Below are positions 52,101-61,400 of a DNA stretch of 64,000 nucleotides, piece after piece (the first letter of the stretch is position 1; the number at the start of each line of letters is the position of its first letter). The position numbers and the translations under genes were made by a program. Below the pieces are notes generated by a model, which saw only the letters and a list, made by a program, of their open reading frames with translations, did no database searches and had not been told where the DNA came from. The stretch comes from Octopus bimaculoides (Eukaryota), in NCBI RefSeq assembly GCF_001194135.2, contig NC_068981.1, forward strand, positions 55,895,153 through 55,959,152. The letters run 5' to 3'.

Positions 52101-53149
52101 ACTGTTCAATGGTTTAGTTCATAAAACAATTGCCAATTTTGAATATCATGAAAAATTTGAAGGAAATTTAGTTTTGCTAGAAAATAAAATCTATTCTGTT
52201 ATTTTACTGTTATAATCAAACTGTTTTAGCATTGAAATATCTTTACACAGTTTCATCTATTTATTGTGTTGCAATAAAGTAAGCTTTCTGCAAGTCAGCA
52301 TCATTATTTCCAGAAGCATAATCACCAACTGGTTAAGTGAAGCTGCTATAATCATAAATGGTTAGTATACCCATCCTACTGCAGGCATTATATTATGGTG
52401 GGATGAAACAGTCAACTTTGTTTATCTCGGCCAACCTAACAGAAATCAAATATCAGAGAAATATAAGTTCTCAAGGAGATAAGGAGGAAGTCTGTTGGCC
52501 TAATTATAGTTAGTTACTAACCTCATAGCAGCATTGTGTTATGTTCATAGCCAAGAACCTTAGCACTTTTACTGAGCCTTCCAAGCTATGAATGTAGTTC
52601 ACTTCTAATATGGACTATAGAATTAACAAATATTTCAATAGCATGCAATACTGAATTCAGTTTCACTCATAATAGAATTGGTTCAAATGAGTCTCTTATC
52701 ACCCTAATGTTCAGAATATTATGATAAAGTACTGAATATGAATATGATCTGACTAGGAACCTCTGCTTGTTATTTAATTTGCTAGAAATAGCAACCAAAT
52801 ATGCCTCCAACAGTTCCTTACCGTCTTTAAAAAAAACACCTTTGATAATTGAATCTTGGATACACTATGCCTGAAAAAATGAGATAGTCAGGCTTGGAAT
52901 GCTTTTGATCAAGGAGCAGACTCAGGGCTAAATAACTATTGAATTGGAATGAATTTAAAATGGCACTTTAATGGCAGATAGGTGGCTATTAGACCATTTT
53001 TTTTTTGTATATATAAAAAAGGTAACCTTTTCTCTGTGCCACATGTTGCTTCTCTCCTAATTGAAAGAAACAACATATAAGTATTGACTTGATGTACAAA
53101 TACACTCAGGTATGATTCAAGTGTTAGTTATTATTTTATTATGTTTTAT

Positions 53150-53900
53150 ATTCCACTTACCCTACTTTATATTAATGATGAATTGAATTATAAACTACAA
53201 ACTCCTTTTATTACTACCATAACTGTTAAACACAGAGTTAAAGATTTTAAGATGTTCACCAAGAGGTTGGCACTTATTCTTGACATTATAGTTAGAGTTG
53301 AACATACATGTGACATTTCCATCAGATTTGACATAAGAACACTCACTCTATGCAATGCACCATAGAGTATATTGGGAAAAGATTTGGTTTTGGTGGAGTG
53401 CTAATCAATTTAGATTAACCTAGAGTTTTCAGTAGGGTTAACTATTGTTATGGGATTGGGGATGACCTAAACATTGATGGTTTCCGTTTCATCTTCAAAG
53501 ATGCTGGACTGTAACAATGTTCAGTGGTATCTCTTCTGTAATTAAAATTAAATGGCCATTTCTTGGAACTATTTTACATCACACACTCAGTTTATTAAAG
53601 ATGTTCCCATTCCACTTTACTGTGTTTTTGGTGCTGGAGCCGTTGTTGAGGAAACTGATGACCTTTTGAGGGCATATTGTTCAAATTGGGGCACAAAAGA
53701 AGTGTGTCTACATTCATTTATGCTGTTGTCATCATTGTGTTGGGCACTTTGGAAAAAGGTAGTCAGAGCTGATTTCCAAACTGTTGGAAGAGTAGCAGAT
53801 GTTTATGGGAGCATGCATCAATTAGGACAAGGTGGTGGGTTTGCAACTCAGTACTTAGAGAGGCAAGTCTATGTTAGCCAGTGGGAACTTTTGTTGCTGT
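53150..53900 (-). mobile_element. Possible decayed Penelope-like RT/GIY-YIG remnant
   Basis: Scattered minus-strand motifs (SDYLFPKC, DTTEH, LLGEHLK) loosely resemble Penelope/Neptune proteins. Confidence 0.25.
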
Positions 53901-54149
53901 ACTGAGAATTCAGTTAAGATAATTACAGTCTGGTTCTAACCAAACCTACAAATGGAGAAAAACTGGGAAGAAATCATGAATAAGGTGACTTGTTTTATTC
54001 AATCATGAACTGAAAAGAAGTTGTCCTTAAAAAGTTGGGTGGAAACAGCTAACACTTACATTGCTTCAGTGGTGAACTACTATCTGACCGTTGTACCTTG
54101 TCCTATGGAACACAGATAGGATTGTAGCTCATGCTTTTTTTTACTTGTA

Positions 54150-55430
54150 AAATGAACAGGTTACACTTGTCAGGAGATTCATTTATGAGTAACAATAATC
54201 ACCTCAGAAGTGTGTGCAGAATGATAGAAGGATACTTGCCTTTACAATTGAAGAAAAGTAATAGGCATGGAAATGCTATCATGAGAGCTTATTGAAGGAG
54301 GAGAATGCATCGGGAAAAAGTGAGGTTTATTGTATGGTGACCAAAAGAGGGACTAGAAATCCAAGTCACCAGCAGTATTCTAGATAGAATGATCATGTAT
54401 ATGTAGGCAGGGAAAGTTGCTGGTCCGTCAGAGATAGTCACTGAGTTACTTAAAGTATCTATAATAGCAGAGTTGGATACCTACTAGTCACTTAAATAGT
54501 TAACCAGGTAGTACAGGAAGCTCAGTGACTGGCATAGCAATATCATTGTAAACTACTGTAAGGGCAAAAGAGATTCATTGGAGAAAGGCAATTACAGAGT
54601 CATCAAATTATTGGATCAGCTTATGAAGGTTATAGAAAAGAATCATAGTACAATTTATTAGTAACAGAATTGACTTAGAGATGAGATGAAGTTTGGCTTC
54701 ATACATGGAGGCGGTACCACTGATGCTATCTTCTTAGCTAAGTACTTCTGCAGTTTTCTCACTATGAATAAATTGCTGTGACTAACATTTGATGATCACT
54801 AAAGAAACTAGATATAGATGTTTGGTTTAAGAGGGTTGCGCAAGCTATGTACAGAAAAGCAGTCAGTAATGTGAAAATCAGCAATGAGTTCAGCAACAAA
54901 TTTAGTGTGCAGGTAAATCGTAACTGAACCAAATTCGATGACTGGCAGAGCAGCGGTCTGGCTTCCGTGCCGGTGGCATATGAATAGCACCATTTGAGCA
55001 TGATTGTTATCAGCATCACCTTACTGGCATTTGTGCCGGTGGCATGTGAACAAAACATTTGAGTGAGATCGTTGCCAGTGCTGCTGGACTGATTCCTGTG
55101 CAGGTGGCATGTAAAAACACCATTTGAGTATGGCTGTTGCCTGTACTGCTAGACTGACCCTCGTGCCGGTGGCACATAAAAGCACTCACTACACTCTCTG
55201 AGTGGTTGGTGTTAGGAAGGGCATCCAGCTGTAGAAACTCTTCCAGATCAGATTGGAGCCTGGTGCAGCCATCTGGTTTCACCAGTCCTCAGTCAAATCG
55301 TCCAACCCATGCTAGCATGGAAAGCGGACGTTAAACGATGATGATGATGTAGGGATTCTGTCAGTTCATTGTAGTCCTACAGACAGTAACAGGAGTTTAA
55401 AAGGACCATATTGATTATTGGGCTGGAGAA
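54150..55430 (+). mobile_element. Decayed RTE RT region interrupted by a younger RTE 3'UTR copy
   Basis: GKVAGPSEIVTELLK, DWHSNIIVNYCKGKRDSLEKGNYRVIKLLDQLMKV, FGFIHGGGTTDAIF, EFSNKFSVQV parallel 61600-62160; coding resumes after 55349 (FIVVLQT). Confidence 0.8.
54916..55349 (+). mobile_element. Young RTE 3'UTR copy (four hairpin modules, GAT tail)
   Basis: Colinear with the reverse complement of 60652-61130. Confidence 0.9.
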
Positions 55431-56268
55431 ACCCTTTGCACACCTATGCAAGCATGATGAATCACATTAAAATGGAGGGTGGGTTGTGTATATGTATATG
55501 TGTGTTTGTATCTGCTGTCAAGTCTAAATCTGCTGCTTCTACACCTTTTACTCCACTCTCCTTATTGCTTTTTTACTTTTGCTTGTCTCTCTGCCATCCA
55601 TCCCCCATCCCCCATCACAGTTGCCACCTGTTTCATGATAGTTGGTGAGGGAACTACTTTCATTCCATCCCATCCCTCATCATTGTCCTCATAACTCTAC
55701 CTCTGTTGCCTATCATGAGGCCTACATGTAAGAGACTGCTTTGGATGTGTTTGTACCTTCACTTACTTTCTGTATTGCCAGTCATCACTCATTCTCCCTC
55801 GGACTACTTATCGTCATCCAGTACTTACTCTTACCATTGACCACCTTGTACATCCACTGATCTCTTTCCATCTCTTCATTCCAGTCACACTGTTCCTGTC
55901 ATTATACTTTTGTTCTCTTCACCCACCTATTTTGGTTCCTCTGCTCTTATGCTCTCTCTCTTTCTCCTATTGAGTTGAGCAGACATATATATCTTAGTGA
56001 GTATTCTTTACTCTTGTGGTATACAAAGCGACTATGTCATGATAAATAGTACTTTGTTCTGTAAAGTGGTTAGCATATGAATGGAGAAAGCATAGAATTG
56101 AGTGTCCATTCAGTCCTTTCTATTCAAGAATATGGTAAACTCTTTAGTGCTAGTGTCATGATAAAATGCAGTTGGTTTACTCTGTAAAGTGATTGATGAT
56201 TGGAATTGTATCCTGCTGCAGAAACCAAGTCAAAAATGAAATGTACAAACTAGGTGTGGCCCTCCACC

Positions 56269-56435
56269 CAGGGTTGTTTTAGGCATTGGTACACTGGGAA
56301 GTTGCCCAGGGTCCTCACTCGTCTAGGGACCCAATTCTGATCTAGGTATGCTTTGACTTGCTGTCAATAAAAAATACTATAGGGTTCAATACATTGATTT
56401 ACCTGGGGGCTTATAATGCTATTAAAGCAGCTCTG
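56269..56435. mobile_element. hAT-family MITE
   Basis: Exact 8-bp TSD CCTCCACC (56261-56268 and 56436-56443); imperfect TIRs CAGGGTTGTTTTA versus CAGAGCTGCTTTA (reverse complement of right end). Confidence 0.85.
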
Positions 56436-56609
56436 CCTCCACCCTGTTTATGAAGGTAGTGAAACTCAATAAGAACCCATGCTGTGTTAATTCATTCAAG
56501 CCAAGTAAGTATGGAAAGTAAACTTAAAATGATGGTGATAGTGGTGGTGGTGGTAGTAGTTGTAACACAGTTGCTTTCAATGCTTCACATTGCAACACTT
56601 TCAATGCTC

Positions 56610-56884
56610 TCATCATCATCATCGTTTAACGTCCGCTTTCCATGCTAGCATGGGTTGGACGATTTGACTGAGGACTGGTGGACCAGGAGGCGACACCAGG
56701 CTCCAATCTGATTTGGCAGAGTTTCTACAGCTGGATGCTCTTCCTAACGCCAACCACTCAGAGAGTGTAGTGGGTGTTTTACGTGCCACTGGCACGAGGG
56801 CCAGTCAGGCTGTACTGGCGACGGCCACGCTCGAAATTGTGTATTTTATGTGCTACCTGCACAGGAGCCAGTCCATCGGCAATC
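56610..56884 (-). mobile_element. Young RTE 3'UTR copy
   Basis: (CAT)n CGTTTAACGTCCGC...; inverted relative to 54916-55349. Confidence 0.9.
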
Positions 56885-57865
56885 ACCAATAATGCTAACC
56901 ATTGTAGTTTTCTTATAGACTATATTGACATTATTTGTGGATTGTCTGTGCTTTGAGGTTTACACAGACATGTCAGCTTTAAGCTATCAAGGCTACACTA
57001 ATATTTCCCTGTTAACCATATTGGGCTGCATAAATATTTTTCTGTAGGAAACCTAGGACTATTCAGATGTTACCAACAAACCATCTATGGCTACATTGAT
57101 ATTTGACCCACTCAACTCCCAAGGCTGCACTAGTATAATCCACTCACCGTCTTTGCAAACACTGATATCACCTATAACCCTCTTCCACTTAAGTCTGCTC
57201 TAATGTATCCTACTCACCACTTTGAATTACATTGATGTTACCCACATCACATTGGGGTTACACATTGCAACTAGGACTTTACTGATGTAATCCACACAAT
57301 TCTTAGGCTTCTTGGATCTAATCCACTCACCTTCAAGGCTACATTAATGTTTACTCAAAGTTGCATTGCTGACCCCCACACAACACTTAGCCTACATAGT
57401 TCTAACCTACTCAGCACCTTGACTACACTGATCTTTACCCTCTCAACATCCAGAGCCATACTGATGTTACACAGCGTTTAATATTATCCATTTTAGTCTG
57501 TAGTAATACTCATGTCACCTGAAAAATATATACAGCTATACTGGTATTACTCTTTCAGCACATGTATTAAATGTATTACATACATTTTCGATTGTTAGTG
57601 TAACCTGGTAGTCTTTTCAACTTACAATACTCCTCAGAGAAAAAGAGATGAGAGGGTTACTTGTATTTCTTTGAAAATGAGGCTTATAAAATTTCCCAAG
57701 ATTTTGTAAGGTCATTCTTATTGATAAGCACAAATCCATTTGTGCCTATGTGTATGCAAACGTGTCTAAAAGAATGTTTAAAAGTTTTTTATTATTATCC
57801 CACTAGTTTGATGTTCCCATTCACCTTCAGAAACGACTTCAAGTCTGGCAGGCCTACACTTTATG

Positions 57866-58262
57866 GTGGTTGTAGTAGTAGTAATAGTAGTAGTAGTAGT
57901 AGTAGCACATGGTGTAGTGGTAGTAGTAGTAGTAGTAGTAGTAGCACATGGTGTAGTGGTAGTAGTAGTAGTAGTAGTAGTAGTAGCACATGGTGTAGTG
58001 GTAGTAGTAGTAGTAGTAGTAGTAGTAATAGCACATGGTGTAGTGGTTGTAGTTGTAGTAATAGCACATGGTGTAGTGGTTGTAGTTGTAGTAATAGCAC
58101 ATGGTGTAGTGGTTGTAGTTGTAGTAATAGCACATGATGTAGTGGTAGTGATAGTAATAGTAGTGCATGGTGTAGTAGTAGTACATGGTGTAGTGGTAGT
58201 AGTAGTAATAGTACATGATGTAGTAGTAGTTTTAATTGTAACAGTAGTAGCATATGTAGTAG
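57866..58262. repeat. Compound minisatellite: (GTA)n plus GCACATGGTGTAGTG, about 10 units
   Basis: Motif starts at 57905, 57944, 57986, 58031, 58064, 58097, 58130 (spacings 39,42,45,33,33,33); three exact 33-mers at 58031-58129. Confidence 0.95.
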
Positions 58263-58684
58263 GAGGAGGAAGAAGAGGAAACAGAGGAAGAATGAGTACT
58301 CATTAAAGTCAAAAGAAGGATATCTTTCTAGTGATAATAATTACTATAAACATAAAATTGAAAAGGAAAATTAGAATAAGGTAAATGGCAAGAAAGTGTT
58401 GTGTGTTGGAGAGGTTGATCCACTGTTCTAAATTACTGACCTAATCCACACCTCATAAAGTGAGATGTATTCTAAGTCACATACCTTCTAATATCACATA
58501 CCTGCTAAAGTTAAGATCATTCAACCATAAAACTTTACAAACACAAAGCATTTTTTCTTTTTATGCAACAGACATTTTATAGGTTTTACTTATATTTTCT
58601 TTTTGTACTTTTTAGCTGTGCCGTCGAAAGAAGCAACATATTACACAGTCTTCTGGTGTTCACCAACGTTTTTTAATCCAGAAA

Positions 58685-58811
58685 ATGACGAGTGTTGGCT
58701 TCATTCGAGTCAAACTTGTCCAGGTGGTCAAAGGGTCTGGTTTGGCTGATGCAAACAAAAATGATGTATTGGATACCTACATAGCAGTCAATGTCAAGGA
58801 AGCTCTCTCAG
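58685..58811 (+). CDS. PRKCD: Novel protein kinase C, delta/theta type: first coding exon (start of C2-like domain); exon spans 58616-58811
   Basis: MTSVGFIRVKLVQV...DTYIAVNVKEALS aligns with human PKC-delta MAPFLRIAF...PFCAVKMKEALS. Strong acceptor TTTTTGTACTTTTTAG|C, donor CAG|GTATGG, phase 1 just after KEALS. The symbol denotes family similarity, not proven orthology; the next exon is not in the window. Confidence 0.8.
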
Positions 58812-59360
58812 GTATGGAATTAAAATTAAAATCTGTCACCTGCCCCAACATTTCTGAATCAACATACCTTCTTTAAAATTCATACCCCTCTATTTATGGC
58901 AGTAAAGATACCCTTTAGCTTTCAGATTACTCTGTCAAATGTAATACTTAATTATTCACATTGTTTTGAATTAATCATACTTTATGTCATAGCTTTGAGA
59001 TTTCAATGATGTGACATTTTATTTTTAGAATGACATTGTAGGGTAGGTGTGAAAGGCCAGAGTTTGCCAGTTTGAATGTAAAACAGATAGAATATTTTGC
59101 TAAAGGGTTAAATCTACAAATTTATCAATTAATATTCATTTCTTCTTGCTGTTAATGTAATGTTTTAGATTCTTACTCCAAATTGAGTTTATAGTTAAAA
59201 TGTAAACTAGTATTTGTTGTTTTGCAATCATATGAATCTGGTTTTGATCATACTGCATGGTTCTTTGGGCGAGTGTCTTCTACTGTAGCCTCAGGAGACC
59301 AATACTTTGTGAATGGAATGCCAAATGGAAACTGTGTTGAAGCTTCTCTCTCTCACACAC

Positions 59361-59413
<53 letters not shown>

Positions 59414-59709
59414 GCCTTAAGCCAACAATGAATTTGTTCTTCCCAGCATACTTAACCCTCCTCTCTCCTAGTCAGTTTTCATTTGTAGAGATTCTTTATT
59501 CTTGCACATTATGAGGGTGACCCCATTGATGCTGGTGCCTTGAAAAACAGCACCTGATAAAGTGGTTGATGTTAGGATGTCATCTGATCATAGAAATCAT
59601 GCCAAACTGAAATGTTTGAGTGAGTTGTGGTCCCCTACCCCATTAGATCTGGTCCAAGTATCCAATGCATGCCTGCATGGAAAGGAAGTGTAAGACTGAT
59701 GATGATATA

Positions 59710-60070
59710 TGAGGCTGTGCGGTAAGATGTTTAGTTCCCAACCACATGGTTCTGGGTTCAGTTCCACTACATGGTGTACTGGGCAAGTGTCTTCTACTAT
59801 AGTATCAGGCTGACCAAAGCCTTGTGAGTGGATTTTGTGGACAGGAATTGAAAGAAGCCTGTAGTATACATATGTATATATCTTTGTGTCTCTGTTTGTC
59901 CCCTGCACCATCATTTGACAACCAGTATTGATGTGTTTATGTTCCTGTAATCTGGTGGCTTGGCAAATGAGATAAAAAAAAAAAGTTGCCAGACTTTACA
60001 AAAAAGTACTGGATTCATTCAAGGTAGTGCCTTAGCATGGCCACAGTCTAATGACTGAAACAAATAAAAG
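59710..60070 (+). mobile_element. Near full-length tRNA-derived SINE
   Basis: Head GAGGCTGTGCGGTAAGATG...GGTTCAGTTCC, body, and tail stem-loop CAGTC-TAAT-GACTG (60044-60057). Confidence 0.85.
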
Positions 60071-60364
60071 ATAAACAATGTGTGTGTGTGTGTGTGTGCA
60101 TATTTATATTGACATCAGTGAAAAAGACAACAATGCTGTTGTTTCTATTGTGATCCTTTATATGCCATAAATCAGGGTTTTGACAAATAGGGTTATTAGA
60201 CGAAAAGATTTATTGTGGTCAATGTGATGAACTAAAAACCACTGAAGATGGTATACCAGCATGGCTGTAGTCAGTGATTGAAACCAATATAAGAGCTGTA
60301 ATAACTCCATCAATGTCATGAGACCTGTTATTAGGTTATGTGAATATCTGTGTTTGTTTTATAT

Positions 60365-60560
60365 TTCACTTGTTTCAGTTATTGGACTGTGATTATGCTG
60401 GGACATTGCCTTAAAGGATTTAGTTGAACAAATTGGCCTCAATATTTATTTTTTAAAAAGTTTAGTACTCATTTTATCAGTCTTTTTTGCCAAACTACTA
60501 AGCTACAGTGATGTAAACAGACCAACACAGATTGTCAAGTAGTGGATGGGTGGAGATAAA
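60365..60560 (-). mobile_element. SINE 3' half, inverted relative to 59710-60070
   Basis: TTGTTTCAGTTATTGGACTG...TTTTGCCAAACTACTAAGCTAC...TTGTCAAG is the reverse complement of the tail half. Confidence 0.75.
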
Positions 60561-60568
60561 CACAGACA

Positions 60569-60606
<38 letters not shown>

Positions 60607-60651
60607 CACATATATATATACTAGATAGTGTATCAGATAGAATCAAGGTGT

Positions 60652-61400
60652 TCATCATCATCATCGTTTAATGTCCGCTTTCCATGCTAGCATGGGTTGG
60701 ACGATTTGACTGAGAACTGGCGAACCAGATGGCTGCACCAGGCTCTAATCTGATCTGGCAGAGTTTCTACAGCTGGATGCCCTTCCTAACGCCAACCTCT
60801 CCAAGAGTGTAGTGGGTGCTTTTACGTGCCACTGGCACAAGCGTCAGTCAGGGGTACTGGCAATGGCCATGCTCAAAATGGTGTTTTTTACATGCCACCT
60901 GCACAGGAGCCAGTCAAATGGTACTGGCAACCACCTCGTTCGAATGTTTTTTCACGTGCCACCGGCCCAAGTGCCAGTAAGGCGACGCTGGTAACGATCA
61001 CGCTCAAATGGTGCTATTTACGTGCCACTGGCACGGAAGCCACACAGCTGCTCTGGCAATGATCATGCTCGGACGGTGCTGTTAGCGCTCCACTGGCACA
61101 GGTGCCAGTCATCGAATTTGGTTCAATTACGATTTCGATTTCACTTGCCCCAACAAGTCTTCGCAAGCAGAGTTTAGTGTCCAATGAAGGAAAGGTTGGC
61201 ATGGGTTTGGTTCGATTTCGATTTCACTTGCCTCAACAGATCTTCGCAAGCAGAGTTTAGTGTCCAATGAAGGAAAGGTATGCATATGTGGGCTGGCTAC
61301 ACCCCTGGCAGAGGCCACGGATTATGGTCTCACTTGGCTTGCCGGGTTTTCTCATGCACTGCATATTTCCAAAGGTCTTGGTCACTAGTCATTGCCTTGT
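60652..61400 (-). mobile_element. RTE LINE 3' end with complete long 3'UTR
   Basis: Minus strand starts with the RT C-terminus (AMTSDQDLWKYAVHEKTRQAK*), then an 83-nt-period duplication (61131-61279), five hairpin modules and the GAT tail. Confidence 0.9.

Noticed and set aside
57854-58306. Four overlapping poly-V/S/Y/L ORFs
   Set aside because: A consequence of a triplet-phased minisatellite; no splice or start context.
60820-61105. CRISPR-like palindromic repeat-spacer pattern
   Set aside because: The spacers are homologous to each other, the repeats are degenerate, the context is a eukaryotic LINE UTR, and there are no cas genes.
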